This document shows positions 19,426 through 29,975 of a DNA stretch of 64,000 bases, piece by piece. The notes under the pieces are model-generated. The model was not told the DNA's origin, ran no database searches, and was given only the letters and a program-made list of their open reading frames with translations. Source of the DNA: an uncultured bacterium (lineage in GTDB: Bacteria; Cyanobacteriota; Vampirovibrionia; Gastranaerophilales; Gastranaerophilaceae); contig OMPX01000053.1 of NCBI GenBank assembly GCA_900313115.1, positions 568-64,567 on the forward strand, given 5' to 3'. Position numbers and translations under genes: made by a program. The first letter of the stretch is position 1, and the number at the start of each line of letters is the position of its first letter.

Positions 19426-19484
19426 ATTCCTTCATACAAAAAACAACAATTTCATTATATACTATGTTTTTAAAATACACAAGA

Positions 19485-20327
19485 CTAAACTAATTCTTTT
19501 TGTGTATCAATAATTGCCATTGGAATATAATTCAATAAATCAGACGCCAAAACAGAATACTCACTCAACATTCCTGATGCAATTTCGCCTGCTTTGCCAT
19601 GCAGATAAACACCTAATTGAGCAGCATCAAAAGATGACATTCCCTGTGCACACAAGCCGGAAATCATGCCTGTCAAAACATCACCTGAGCCTGCCTTTGC
19701 CAAAGCACTATTTCCCGTTTCATTAACATAAACGTCTAAATCCTGAGAACAAACAACCGTACTATGCATTTTCAAAACCGTAGTTGAATTGTATTTTTCT
19801 GTCAGCTCTTTTGCATATTGTATTGGTTTGTCTAATATATCATCAACTTCAACCTTCAATAAACGAGATGCCTCTTTTGGATGCGGAGTAATAATTAAAT
19901 TTTTCGGTAAATCCACACCATCTTTCATTTTTGATAAAAGATTTAATCCGTCTGCATCAATAATTACAGGGACATCAAGCTTTGATAAAGTTTCCAAGGT
20001 TGATTTAAACATTATAGAGGCGCTTACACCTGTTGATAAACCACAGCCAATTGATACCACATTAAAGTCATGAACTTTTTTCTTTAATTCATCTATTGGG
20101 AGAAACACAATATCAGATGAGCGTAAAGCTATTGTATTTAAGACTTTTGGCGAGCTTGATAACGCAACATATCCGCAGCCCACTTTTAAAGCAGAAATAG
20201 AAGACAAATACGCAGCACCAGTATAATATTCTGAACCTGCAATATTTAAAACTTTTCCAAAAGTAGATTTATTGGAAAACTGTTCCCTTTTGGGTAACTT
20301 AAACTTATTTGTCTTTTTAGATACCAT
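19485..20327 (-). CDS. nnrD: ADP-dependent NAD(P)H-hydrate dehydratase (YjeF C-terminal type)
   Basis: Ribokinase-like fold with the GSGDVLTGMISGL motif. Confidence 0.9.
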   Translation of the reverse strand: MVSKKTNKFKLPKREQFSNKSTFGKVLNIAGSEYYTGAAYLSSISALKVGCGYVALSSSPKVLNTIALRSSDIVFLPIDELKKKVHDFNVVSIGCGLSTGVSASIMFKSTLETLSKLDVPVIIDADGLNLLSKMKDGVDLPKNLIITPHPKEASRLLKVEVDDILDKPIQYAKELTEKYNSTTVLKMHSTVVCSQDLDVYVNETGNSALAKAGSGDVLTGMISGLCAQGMSSFDAAQLGVYLHGKAGEIASGMLSEYSVLASDLLNYIPMAIIDTQKELV

Positions 20328-20769
20328 TTTGCCTTATCACCTCATAGACAGTTATTGCAACCGAATTTGAAAGATTCAAGCTTCTTTGCCCTTCCTTCAT
20401 TGGCAGCGTAACTGCTGTATCACGTGTAACATACTCAGATGGGAGTCCTCTTGACTCAGGACCAAATACAACAAAATCCCCATCTTTATATTTTACATCA
20501 GTATATAATTTTTTGCTTTTTGTTGTCAAATAATAAAACGTCGCATTTGGGTTATCTTTTTGAATATCTTCAATTGAATTAACTTTGCGTATATTTACAC
20601 TATCCCAATAATCAAGCCCTGCTCTTTTTGTATATTTATCAGTTAAAGCAAAACCAAGTTTACCAACAAGATATAAATCAGCCCCGCAACAAGCACACAG
20701 ACGTGCAATATTACCCGTATTCTGAGGAATCTCAGGTTCATACAAAACAACATTTATTTTTGCTGCCAT
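20317..20769 (-). CDS. trmL: tRNA (cytidine/uridine-2'-O-)-methyltransferase TrmL
   Basis: 150-aa SPOUT protein, VVLYEPEIPQNTGNIARLCA. Confidence 0.93.
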   Translation of the reverse strand: MAAKINVVLYEPEIPQNTGNIARLCACCGADLYLVGKLGFALTDKYTKRAGLDYWDSVNIRKVNSIEDIQKDNPNATFYYLTTKSKKLYTDVKYKDGDFVVFGPESRGLPSEYVTRDTAVTLPMKEGQRSLNLSNSVAITVYEVIRQNGI

Positions 20770-21362
20770 TACTCAGCATCTCCTACAACAGACTTTGCTT
20801 CAATAACAACAGGTAAACCTCTGACTACACAAAGAACAATAGCAACTAATGCTAACCAATATCCTAATCTGTACATAGGTCCTGAATATGCTTCCAAGTA
20901 TGGTACTTTAGATGCTACTATGACAATAAATGCCAACACTTTTGCAACTGCATAAGTTATTCTCATAAACTTTGAACCTGTAATCCATTTACATACCGGA
21001 TTTTTTTGCATACCAAATGGGGTTAAACCCTTTTCCATTGCTGCACTTCTAATTGTGTCCGTAACAAAACCTCTTGTAATAGCAACAAGCGGAAACCATA
21101 TCGGGAGCCAAGACATTACTGCAAAGACAATCCAATATGTATTTTCGACTATTCTGTCACTCATAATATCAAGAAGAGCACCAAATTTAGATTCTTCATG
21201 GAATTTTCTGGCAACGTAGCCATCAAGACCATCTAAAGCAAAGGCTAAAATAGTTAATATAAGCGCCCAAATATAAGCTGTTGAATTATATTGACAAGAT
21301 ACAATCAAATACACACCGATAAACATTAAAAATACTCTAAAAATTGTTATAAAATTTGCCAC
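20769..21362 (-). CDS. CDP-alcohol phosphatidyltransferase family protein
   Basis: DGLDGYVARKF(x7)GALLDIMSDR matches DG(x2)AR(x8)G(x3)D(x3)D. Multi-pass membrane protein. Confidence 0.85.
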   Translation of the reverse strand: MANFITIFRVFLMFIGVYLIVSCQYNSTAYIWALILTILAFALDGLDGYVARKFHEESKFGALLDIMSDRIVENTYWIVFAVMSWLPIWFPLVAITRGFVTDTIRSAAMEKGLTPFGMQKNPVCKWITGSKFMRITYAVAKVLAFIVIVASKVPYLEAYSGPMYRLGYWLALVAIVLCVVRGLPVVIEAKSVVGDAE

Positions 21363-21401
21363 TTGTTTCTCCCTTCAATTTTAGTTAACCAATAGTAACC
21401 T

Positions 21402-22409
21402 TTACCCTTGCTTTGTTCTGGAAAGTGCAAAGTTTCTCTCATTAAGCTTTGCTAAATCAGAGCCAAGCATAATCTTTTCAGCTTCCTCTAATATTTTTGT
21501 AATACTATACCCGTTTTCACCATCAGAACGTGCATGTTTACCCTGTTCACAGCATCTGATAAAGTGCTGACATTCCAGTTTTAGAGGTTCAATTTCAAGA
21601 TAATCCAATGGTATATCTTGTGTCTTGCCTGCTGCAAAATTATCATATAGTTTGAGTTTGTTTTCTTGAACAGTATCATCTAATATAGCCGTTGCCTTAG
21701 TTCCTCTGACAAGCAAGGTTACGTGCTTTTGCGGAGTAATCCAGCTATCTGAAATATATCCTATTACACCGTCTTCAAATTCAATACAAATATGAGTAAT
21801 ATCCATAACGGCATTTTTATTTGTAGAACAACCAACCGCAGATAAAACCTTTTCAGGATTTTTACCTGTCACATAAGAAATCATTGAAACATCATGCGGT
21901 GCTAAATCCCACATAACACTTCTGTCATTAGTGAAGTAATTAACATTTAATCTGTCACTTTGTGCATAAACAATATCGCCCAACTCTCCTGATTCTACAA
22001 GCATTTTTAATCTGTTCACGGCAGGGTGATAAAGTAACAAGTGCCCAACCATCAACACTAACCCCTTTTCGTTGGCTAAATCCATAAGGTCTTTAGCTTC
22101 CTGTGCAACAGTTGAAATAGGTTTTTCAACATAAACATTTTTGCCTGCCTCAAGCATAGTTTTAACTATTTTATAGTGGGTATGACTAGGTGTAACAACT
22201 GCAACAGAAGTAATCTCAGGATTATTTATAATCTCATTCATATCACTTATTACATTTACAGAAGGATACAGAGATTTAATCTTTTCACGTGTTTCAGCAT
22301 CAAGGTCACAAACCGTATCTAAAACATTCAGATTATAAAAATTACGGACAATATTTTTGCCCCACATTCCGTAACCGATTACCGCTATTTTTTGTTCAGA
22401 CATTATCAA
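21402..22409 (-). CDS. Gfo/Idh/MocA family oxidoreductase
   Basis: N-terminal Rossmann motif KIAVIGYGMWG and the EKP motif (VYVEKP). Confidence 0.85.
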   Translation of the reverse strand: MIMSEQKIAVIGYGMWGKNIVRNFYNLNVLDTVCDLDAETREKIKSLYPSVNVISDMNEIINNPEITSVAVVTPSHTHYKIVKTMLEAGKNVYVEKPISTVAQEAKDLMDLANEKGLVLMVGHLLLYHPAVNRLKMLVESGELGDIVYAQSDRLNVNYFTNDRSVMWDLAPHDVSMISYVTGKNPEKVLSAVGCSTNKNAVMDITHICIEFEDGVIGYISDSWITPQKHVTLLVRGTKATAILDDTVQENKLKLYDNFAAGKTQDIPLDYLEIEPLKLECQHFIRCCEQGKHARSDGENGYSITKILEEAEKIMLGSDLAKLNERNFALSRTKQG

Positions 22410-22465
22410 ACTCCCTAAATATAATTAAAACTATAATACCATTCTATTAAAAAAAAATACTGTTA

Positions 22466-23323
22466 TCAAGAATTAAGCAATATATTATCTATCAATCTTA
22501 CACCTTGCACTCTGCATGCAATAAGCACAAGCGTGTTATCATCGGCAACTTCTTTATCCTCAAGGTTATCTTTATCAACAAACTCAAGATACTCAAGCTC
22601 GTGCGCATCCGTTAAAAATGAAAACGCAGTTTCTTTAAGTGCATCAATATTATTAATCCCTTTATCATAACAAGATTTTATATTATTCAAAATCTTGCTG
22701 AGTACGAGCGCATCTTCATGTCCTTTTTCATCTAAATATTTATTTCTTGAAGACAAAGCCAAACCGCTTTCCTCACGAACAATAGGACAACCTATTAACT
22801 CTATCGGCATATTCAAATCTTTAACCATTTTTCTTATAATAATCAACTGTTGTGCATCTTTTTGCCCAAAGAAACCATAGTCCGCCTGAGTAATATTAAA
22901 CAGTTTCATAACAACAGTACAAACCCCGTCAAAATGTCCTACTCTTGATTTGCCACATAACTTATTTACAAAGAAAAACGGCGGTACAACATACGTCAAA
23001 GTGTCATTAGAAAGTCTTTGCCCTTCTCCGTACATTTCATCAGCAGACGGTGCAAAAACGATATCCGCTCCGATACTTTCAGCTAATTCAACATCAGCCT
23101 CAAGTGTTCTTGGATATTTGTCAAAATCCTCAGATGGTCCGAATTGTATTGGATTAACAAACACTGACACAATTACTTTATCACATTTTTCAACAGCTTT
23201 TCTGATTAGTGACGCATGTCCTTCGTGCAGAGCGCCCATCGTAGGAACTACACCTATCGTAAGCCCTTGTTTTTTCCACTCTTTTACATTTACCCCAACT
23301 TCTGATATCTTATGAATTAACAT
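22466..23323 (-). CDS. panC: pantoate--beta-alanine ligase
   Basis: VPTMGALHEGHASLI HIGH-type motif; length 285 aa. Confidence 0.97.
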   Translation of the reverse strand: MLIHKISEVGVNVKEWKKQGLTIGVVPTMGALHEGHASLIRKAVEKCDKVIVSVFVNPIQFGPSEDFDKYPRTLEADVELAESIGADIVFAPSADEMYGEGQRLSNDTLTYVVPPFFFVNKLCGKSRVGHFDGVCTVVMKLFNITQADYGFFGQKDAQQLIIIRKMVKDLNMPIELIGCPIVREESGLALSSRNKYLDEKGHEDALVLSKILNNIKSCYDKGINNIDALKETAFSFLTDAHELEYLEFVDKDNLEDKEVADDNTLVLIACRVQGVRLIDNILLNS

Positions 23324-23328
23324 TATAT

Positions 23329-24165
23329 TTACCCCAATAACTTTTCTTTCTCTTCTTCTTTTAAATTAAAAACTTCTTTTTCAGACGGATATTTTTCGTC
23401 TTTAATATCTTGACAAAACTGTTTTGCCGAATCCAATATTATTGACTTCAAATTAACATACTTACGAACAAAAGTAGGCTGATAATCAGAAAATTTGCCT
23501 AACATATCGTCAGAAACCATTACATGACCGGAACAAAATCTCCCTGCACCAATTCCAATTGTAGGTACAGATATATTTTCAGTTATATATTTTGCACTTT
23601 CCTCAGGAACAAGCTCAAGGACAATCGCAAAAACTCCTGCTTCTTCTAACTTTTTAGCTTCGTCTAATATTTTATTTACTGCATCTACTGTCTTGCCCTG
23701 AATTGTATGACCACCGATTTGATTTGATGATTGCGGTGTATAACCCAAATGCCCTAAAACAGGGATTCCCGATTGAGTACAATGTCTTATAAGTTTTATT
23801 AAATAATCATTACATCCCTCAATTTTAACAGCATTAGCACCTGCTTTAACCATTTCGCCAATATTTGTCATTGCCTGTTCAATAGATGTGTTATAACTCA
23901 TAAAAGGCATATCCCCGACAACTAAGGCTCTATTTACCCCTCTTGCAACTGCGCCGGTAAAAATAGTCATTTCATTCATCCCGACAGATTGCGTTGAATT
24001 ATAACCCAGTGCAACATTTGCTAATGAGTCCCCGACTAATATAATATCAACACCCGCTTCATCAAGATATTTTGCGGTTGAATAGTCATAAGCAGTTAAA
24101 ACGGCAATTTTCTCGCCGTTGTTTTTCATATTTTGAATAGTATTTACTGTTGTCTTTTTTATCAT
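23329..24165 (-). CDS. panB: 3-methyl-2-oxobutanoate hydroxymethyltransferase
   Basis: LTAYDYSTAKYLDEAGVDIILVGDSL and the KIEG motif. Confidence 0.97.
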   Translation of the reverse strand: MIKKTTVNTIQNMKNNGEKIAVLTAYDYSTAKYLDEAGVDIILVGDSLANVALGYNSTQSVGMNEMTIFTGAVARGVNRALVVGDMPFMSYNTSIEQAMTNIGEMVKAGANAVKIEGCNDYLIKLIRHCTQSGIPVLGHLGYTPQSSNQIGGHTIQGKTVDAVNKILDEAKKLEEAGVFAIVLELVPEESAKYITENISVPTIGIGAGRFCSGHVMVSDDMLGKFSDYQPTFVRKYVNLKSIILDSAKQFCQDIKDEKYPSEKEVFNLKEEEKEKLLG

Positions 24166-24168
24166 AAT

Positions 24169-25470
24169 TTACTTTCTTAAAGACTTTCTGTACCAATAAT
24201 AAACCGCTCTTGCAACTCTTGATGAACTGTGTCTTACAAGCCCGCTCTTACTCTTTTCTTCCTCAAGCAATTTAGTTGAGACAAGCTTTACACCTGTCGG
24301 ATTAAGGTTCTCATTATCTAACACAACAGGATAAGAGTTGTGCTCTGCATAAGCAGGCGAAATATTTTTAGGAATACTATTATTAACCAAAACCGCATCA
24401 AGTACATCAGAACTTCCTGCATGCGTTAATATAGCATTAACGTGACTTGATACGGAATAATTATCTGTTTCTCCCGGTTGAGTCATTATGTTGCATACAT
24501 ATATTTTCTTAGCTTTAGCTTTAGCGACTGCCTGTGCTATCTCTTTTACCAACAAATTAGGAATAACACTTGTGTATAAACTTCCGGGTCCCATAATAAT
24601 CAGGTCGGCATTTTTAATAGCAGTTAAAACTTCAGGTAAAGCCTTACATTCAGCAGGTTCTGTAAACAATCTTTTTATCTTCCCGTGCGCTTCAGGAATA
24701 GCAGATTCCCCGTGAATAACACGTCCGTCCTCCATTTCAGCAGCCAATTTCATATCGTCCAGAGTAGCAGGAAGAACTCTTCCTCTGATTGACAATACGT
24801 TTGATGACTCTTTTACGGCTCTGACCATATTACCCGTAATTGAACATAATGCAGTCAAGAAAAGATTACCAAAACTGTGACCTTTTAACCCTTCACCCAT
24901 ATCAAAACGATACTGAAAAAGTTTAGTAATTAAATCTTCATCATCAGCTAATGCAGCAATACAATTTCTTATATCGCCCGGAGGAAGCACACCCATTTCT
25001 TCTCTCAGACGTCCTGAACTGCCGCCATCATCACCTACGGTAACGACTGCAGTAATGTTATTGGTTACTTTTTTTATACCTCTTAATAACATAGAGAGCC
25101 CTGTGCCGCCGCCTATAGCAACTATTTTAGGACCTTTATTCAATTTTTTACGTCTGTATAATGTTTCTAAAACATTTTCTTTTTCTTTTTCATCATGAAT
25201 ATCTAACATTGAAAGGTTTGTTTTTTGCCAGCCCTTAAAGAAAAATATTGAACCTAAAAGAATTGAAATAAACGCTACCAAATCAACATTAACAGAGGAT
25301 TTTAAATCTCTTAGAAACAAATAAACTTGTTTTGGATCAGACAATGTCAAAATCCCCGCAATTATCAAAACAGAACCTAAAAATATCAAAGCAAACCAAC
25401 GTTTGATTTCCAATCCGGGAATAAGCCATCCTGCTGTTTTAGGTATTCTGTTTTTAAATATATTTTTCAT
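24169..25470 (-). CDS. YvcK/CofD-like (gluconeogenesis factor family) protein with an N-terminal membrane anchor
   Basis: IVAIGGGTGLSMLLRGIK and DDGGSSGRLR motifs. About 100 extra N-terminal residues with 2-3 hydrophobic helices. Confidence 0.88.
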   Translation of the reverse strand: MKNIFKNRIPKTAGWLIPGLEIKRWFALIFLGSVLIIAGILTLSDPKQVYLFLRDLKSSVNVDLVAFISILLGSIFFFKGWQKTNLSMLDIHDEKEKENVLETLYRRKKLNKGPKIVAIGGGTGLSMLLRGIKKVTNNITAVVTVGDDGGSSGRLREEMGVLPPGDIRNCIAALADDEDLITKLFQYRFDMGEGLKGHSFGNLFLTALCSITGNMVRAVKESSNVLSIRGRVLPATLDDMKLAAEMEDGRVIHGESAIPEAHGKIKRLFTEPAECKALPEVLTAIKNADLIIMGPGSLYTSVIPNLLVKEIAQAVAKAKAKKIYVCNIMTQPGETDNYSVSSHVNAILTHAGSSDVLDAVLVNNSIPKNISPAYAEHNSYPVVLDNENLNPTGVKLVSTKLLEEEKSKSGLVRHSSSRVARAVYYWYRKSLRK

Positions 25471-25555
25471 ACTGTTAAATCCTTGTTCATACTATATACA
25501 AATTTTGAGGAATGAATTGTTGTGACTCAAATATTTCAATACACACAACTTACTC

Positions 25556-25572
25556 ATTTACCCATTTACCCC
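25556..25572 (-). repeat. two tandem copies of the GGGGTAAAT-family motif just after the pxpA stop
   Basis: The plus strand reads ATTTACCC ATTTACCCC, 1 nt from the stop codon at 25574-25576. Confidence 0.9.
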
Positions 25573-25573
25573 T

Positions 25574-26368
25574 TTAGTCAACCCAACCTGAAGCTTTGAC
25601 TCTGCCATATCTGACAGGTTCAGGTTTAATCAGACTGTTTGCTCTTTGTATTATTTCTAAAGAGTTAGAATGTTTGTTGCTAAAATGAATAGAATCAATA
25701 TTTGCAATAGTCAAACCATCTGACGAATTGTTAACCTGAGAAGTATGCAGAATTGTTTGCAAACGCTTTATACATGTTTCTGTATCTGTTATATCAGGAA
25801 GATTATATTCTATTGCCAAATCTTGTGTATATTGTTTATCTATAATAATTTCCTCACATACAGGAATTTTTATATAATCGGCAATTTTTTCGATAATTTC
25901 ACCTGATAACCCGCAATATGTAAGCCATTGAGAGCATTTTTGAATAGAACGTGCAATTACTGTCGCAAAGCGGAAATCTTCAGCAGCTCTCTTATACATA
26001 GCACCGTGTGGTCTTACGTGTTCAATTTCAAGATTATATGCTTTAGCAAAAGACATTATTGCACCAACTTGGTATATAACCAGAGCTTCCAACTCATCGT
26101 CGCTTAAATCCATCGCACGATAGCCAAAACCTTGAATATCGGCAAAACCTATATGAGCACCTATTACTATATTTTTTTCTTTCGCAGTTAGCAAGGCTTT
26201 TTTGATAGTCTGCGGATCTCCTGCATGAAAACCGCAAGAAATATTAACAGAACTAACGTAATCTAAAAAATCATATTCAGATGTATTTTTATATACTCCG
26301 TATCCTTGTGCTAAATCACAATTAAAATCTAATGTTTTAATACTCTTTTTAACGGGTGTTTTTTGCAT
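25574..26368 (-). CDS. pxpA: 5-oxoprolinase subunit A (LamB/YcsF family)
   Basis: DFNCDLAQGYG, CGFHAGDP and HVRPHGAMY motifs. Confidence 0.85.
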   Translation of the reverse strand: MQKTPVKKSIKTLDFNCDLAQGYGVYKNTSEYDFLDYVSSVNISCGFHAGDPQTIKKALLTAKEKNIVIGAHIGFADIQGFGYRAMDLSDDELEALVIYQVGAIMSFAKAYNLEIEHVRPHGAMYKRAAEDFRFATVIARSIQKCSQWLTYCGLSGEIIEKIADYIKIPVCEEIIIDKQYTQDLAIEYNLPDITDTETCIKRLQTILHTSQVNNSSDGLTIANIDSIHFSNKHSNSLEIIQRANSLIKPEPVRYGRVKASGWVD

Positions 26369-26521
26369 TATATACCTCTTCCTTATTCTACAAATACATT
26401 ATACAACTAACATAAAAATATTGGTAAAACATTATTCAACAAAATTATAAATACAATAAACAAAATAAATATATCCATAGATTATGAAGTGTTATAATTA
26501 TAAAGGATAGGAGATAAATTA

Positions 26522-27205
26522 ATGAATAAACACACAAAATCATTATTTATTACCGCTACAGGTACTGATATCGGTAAAACATACATATCAGGATTGATTG
26601 TAAAAAAAATGAGAGAATCAGGTTTTAACTGCGGATATTACAAGCCTGTTCTCAGTGGCGCTATTTTGCAAAACGGCATTATGATTCCGGGAGATTGCAA
26701 GCACGTTGTTGATGTTTCAGGTCTTAAAATTGAACCTGCAAAATGTCTTTCGTATTGTTTTGAAGAAGCAGTTTCTCCTCACCTTGCTTCAAAAAGAGCA
26801 GGGGTAAATATTGGTATTAATAAAATAAAATCAGATTATGCAAATCTGTCAAAAGAATTTGATTACATGTTAATTGAAGGCGCAGGTGGGATAACTTGTC
26901 CGATAAAAGATGATAAATATCTTATGTGGAATTTGATAAAAGATTTAGAGGTAAATGTCTTAATTGTTGCAGACGGCGGACTCGGAACCATAAATTCTGT
27001 TCTTACAACGGTGGAATATATAGAAAAACGAGATATAAAAATTCAGGGACTTGTTCTCAATAACTATGATAAATCAAGCTTTATGCACAGAGATAATCTT
27101 GAAATGGTTGAAAAAATGACAGGCTATAAAGTTGTTTCAACCGTCAAGAAAAATGAAATAGATATAGATATAGATAAAAATATTTTGAAAGGATTGTTTG
27201 AATAA
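26522..27205 (+). CDS. bioD: dethiobiotin synthase
   Basis: LFITATGTDIGKTYISG P-loop; adjacent to and overlapping bioA. Confidence 0.9.
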   Translation: MNKHTKSLFITATGTDIGKTYISGLIVKKMRESGFNCGYYKPVLSGAILQNGIMIPGDCKHVVDVSGLKIEPAKCLSYCFEEAVSPHLASKRAGVNIGINKIKSDYANLSKEFDYMLIEGAGGITCPIKDDKYLMWNLIKDLEVNVLIVADGGLGTINSVLTTVEYIEKRDIKIQGLVLNNYDKSSFMHRDNLEMVEKMTGYKVVSTVKKNEIDIDIDKNILKGLFE

Positions 27206-28551
27206 TGACAGATTGGGCAAAAGAAGATTTGAAATATATATGGCATCCATGTTCTCAGATGAAGGACTATGAAGAATTACCGCCGATTGTTATAGATTAC
27301 GCAAAAGGAATAAACTTATATGATATTGACGGCAACTGCTACAAAGATGTCGTTAGTTCTTGGTGGTGCAACCTTTTAGGACATTGTAATCCACGTATAA
27401 ATCAGGCTATAAAAAAACAATTAGACAGACTTGAACACGTTATTTTTGCAAATTTTACCCACAAAACAGCTATTACATTGTGTCAAAAATTGATGAATGT
27501 TGTGCCAAAAGGGTTATGTAAATTCAATTTTGCAGATAACGGTTCTGCCTCTATCGAGATGGCAATGAAGATGAGTTTTCAATATCATCAGCAAACAGGG
27601 AACACTCAAAAGAAAAGATTTATGGCATTAACTGATGCGTATCACGGGGAAACAATCGGTGCGTTATCCGTTGGTGCGTGTGATTTGTATTCTTCAATCT
27701 ATAAACCGATATTGATGGATATAGTCAGAGTAAATGGGCCTGATTGTTTCAGATGTCCTTATGGTAAAGACAGGGACAACTGTCAATGTGAATGTTTTAA
27801 AAATGCTGAAAAAACTTTTGAACAATATGGCAAAGAAACCTGTGCCATTTTAGTTGAACCTTTATTACAAGGTTCTGCAGGAATGAAGATTTATCCTCCG
27901 TTGTACTTAAAGAAGCTCAGAGAGCTTTGTGATAAATACAATGTTCATCTGATAGCAGATGAAATAGCTACAGGATATGGAAGAACAGGTAAAATGTTCG
28001 CTTTTGACCACGCAGGTGTATCACCTGATATAATGTGTTTGTCAAAAGGTTTAACGGGCGGATATATGCCAATGTCATTATGTGTTACTACTCAGGAAAT
28101 ATATGATGCGTTTTATGCCGACTATTCAACAGGAAAAGCATTTATGCATTCTCATACCTATGCAGGTAATCCGCTTGGATGTTCGGCAGGAATAGAAGTT
28201 TTAAATATTTTAAAAGATGAAAATATTATTGAAAATGCTCAAAAAAATGCAATTTATTTTAATAATATTATTAAAGAAAAATTTTTAGGACTAAAAAATG
28301 TAGGAGAAGTCCGTCATATAGGTTTAATCAATGCAATTGAGCTTGTAAAAGATAAAAACTCAAAAGAGGCTTTTGACGGAAAGTTAAGATTAGGATATCA
28401 AATATATAAAAAAGCACTAAAAAAAGGTGTTTTACTTAGACCACTAGGTGATGTAATCTATTTTAATCCGCCATTGATTATTGAAAAAGATGATATGGAT
28501 TTTGTTACAGATGTTGCACTGGAATGTACAAAAGAAATTCTTGATTTGTAA
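27205..28551 (+). CDS. bioA: adenosylmethionine-8-amino-7-oxononanoate aminotransferase
   Basis: Class III aminotransferase with the BioA-like N-terminus DLKYIWHPCSQM. The DEI..G motif and PLP lysine context (LSKGLTGG) are present. Confidence 0.9.
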   Translation: MTDWAKEDLKYIWHPCSQMKDYEELPPIVIDYAKGINLYDIDGNCYKDVVSSWWCNLLGHCNPRINQAIKKQLDRLEHVIFANFTHKTAITLCQKLMNVVPKGLCKFNFADNGSASIEMAMKMSFQYHQQTGNTQKKRFMALTDAYHGETIGALSVGACDLYSSIYKPILMDIVRVNGPDCFRCPYGKDRDNCQCECFKNAEKTFEQYGKETCAILVEPLLQGSAGMKIYPPLYLKKLRELCDKYNVHLIADEIATGYGRTGKMFAFDHAGVSPDIMCLSKGLTGGYMPMSLCVTTQEIYDAFYADYSTGKAFMHSHTYAGNPLGCSAGIEVLNILKDENIIENAQKNAIYFNNIIKEKFLGLKNVGEVRHIGLINAIELVKDKNSKEAFDGKLRLGYQIYKKALKKGVLLRPLGDVIYFNPPLIIEKDDMDFVTDVALECTKEILDL

Positions 28552-28574
28552 ATTGAAGGATTCTTCAACAAAAA

Positions 28575-28615
28575 AATAACGACGCAGATTGCAAAATCTG
28601 TGTCGTTATTTTACA
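28575..28615 (+). terminator. intrinsic terminator after bioA
   Basis: 16-bp stem AATAACGACGCAGATT / AATCTGTGTCGTTATT (one G-U pair) followed by a T-run. Confidence 0.8.
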
Positions 28616-28631
28616 TATTTATTGATTACTC

Positions 28632-28653
28632 ATTTACCCCGGTTATTTACCCC
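28632..28653 (-). repeat. two copies of the GGGGTAAAT motif abutting the permease stop codon
   Basis: The plus strand reads ATTTACCCC GGTT ATTTACCCC. The last C is the first base of the stop codon complement (28653-28655). Confidence 0.9.
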
Positions 28654-29975
28654 TATAAAAATCTTAACCAGATATAAGCGGAAGATAATACTAGAGAAAT
28701 AACCATACATCCAAAACCGTATTTAAGATATTTCATAAATTCAATCGGATGTCCTTTTGCTGCAGATGTTTCAGAAACGATTACATTTGCTGCTGCACCG
28801 ATAATAGTCATATTTCCTCCAAGGCAAGCACCTAATGATAAACACCACCATAATGGAAGAGCAAAGGCTTGACCTTTCACTGCAGCGATTTCGGCAATCA
28901 TAGGTGTCATAGTAGCAGTATAAGGAATATTATCAATTATACCTGACAAAATTCCTGAGCCCCAAAGTATAACCATTGATGCAAGTGATTGAGAACCGTG
29001 AGTTACATCAATCAGCCATTTTGCCATAATCTCTATACCGCCTGCTTTTTCAAAACCACCAATGATAACAAACAAACCGATGAAGAAGAAGATAGTGCTC
29101 CATTCAACATCTGTTAATATATCAGTAGGTTTTTCAAAGATTAGCAAGAAACTTGCACCTGCCATTGCACAAACACTTGTTTGTATGTGAGTAATATCGT
29201 GTGTTATAAATCCTAAAATAACAAGACCTAATACAGCTAAAGAGCGAATTAAAAGTCCTTTGTCCTTAATTGTGTTACTATTATCAAGATTTGCAACCGC
29301 TTCCATTCTTTCAGGTGTTGTAACAAGTTTCTTTCTGAAAATAAATGTCATTATTCCCACAACTACAAGTAAAATAACTACAACAATACCTGTTAATTCA
29401 TTTATAAAGTCCATGAACGAAAGTCCTGCAGCACTACCTATAATAATATTAGGAGGATCGCCTATTAGTGTGGCAGTTCCACCAATATTCGATGCCATAA
29501 TTTCCGTAATCAAGAAAGGTATCGGATTTATATCCAATTTTTCCGCAACAACAAATGTGATTGGCATAATAAGAATAACAGTAGTTACGTTATCTAAGAA
29601 TGCTGATGCAAAAGCCGTAAATACTGCTAAACAAAATAATGTCGTTTTCGGATGTCCTTTTGTTTTTCTGAGCATTTCATTTGCTACCCAATTAAACATA
29701 CCGCTTCTTGTTGCAATTGATACAATTATCATCATTGATACAAGCAAGAATATTACATTCCAATCAACATAATTTATAAAATAAAATTGATTAAGCACTC
29801 CGTCAATTTTTGCATTTTGACCTAAAAGACCAAGCAGCAATGTAGCTGAAGCACCCAATAAAGCTACCGTAACTTTCGGAATTTTTTCGGTAGCAATAAA
29901 AATATACGCAAGAATAAGGATTGATGTAGATATAATCAAAGCATTACTCTGCGCAAACGCTAATAATGTTTCCAT
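28653..29975 (-). CDS. ArsB/NhaD-superfamily (CitMHS-like) ion transporter
   Basis: About 11-12 TM helices and the SNIGGTATLIGDPPNIII motif typical of this permease superfamily. Confidence 0.78.
   Translation of the reverse strand: METLLAFAQSNALIISTSILILAYIFIATEKIPKVTVALLGASATLLLGLLGQNAKIDGVLNQFYFINYVDWNVIFLLVSMMIIVSIATRSGMFNWVANEMLRKTKGHPKTTLFCLAVFTAFASAFLDNVTTVILIMPITFVVAEKLDINPIPFLITEIMASNIGGTATLIGDPPNIIIGSAAGLSFMDFINELTGIVVVILLVVVGIMTFIFRKKLVTTPERMEAVANLDNSNTIKDKGLLIRSLAVLGLVILGFITHDITHIQTSVCAMAGASFLLIFEKPTDILTDVEWSTIFFFIGLFVIIGGFEKAGGIEIMAKWLIDVTHGSQSLASMVILWGSGILSGIIDNIPYTATMTPMIAEIAAVKGQAFALPLWWCLSLGACLGGNMTIIGAAANVIVSETSAAKGHPIEFMKYLKYGFGCMVISLVLSSAYIWLRFL

Noticed and set aside
26369-26521. 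BirA operator or biotin-responsive element upstream of bioD
   Set aside because: I could find no convincing inverted repeat of the TGT(A/T)AACC type in the 150-nt region.
27158-27175. (ATAGAT)x3 hexamer repeat
   Set aside because: It lies in frame inside bioD, encoding DIDID near the C-terminus. It is a coding microsatellite with no further structure.
29260-29772. 170-aa plus-strand ORF inside the ArsB/NhaD-like permease gene
   Set aside because: It is antisense to a well-supported CDS, has low-complexity Ile/Ser/Thr composition and no SD. This is typical of shadow ORFs in AT-rich DNA. The same applies to 2441-2815, 14104-14457, 22950-23315, 45159-45353, 51253-51618 and 58732-59079, among others.
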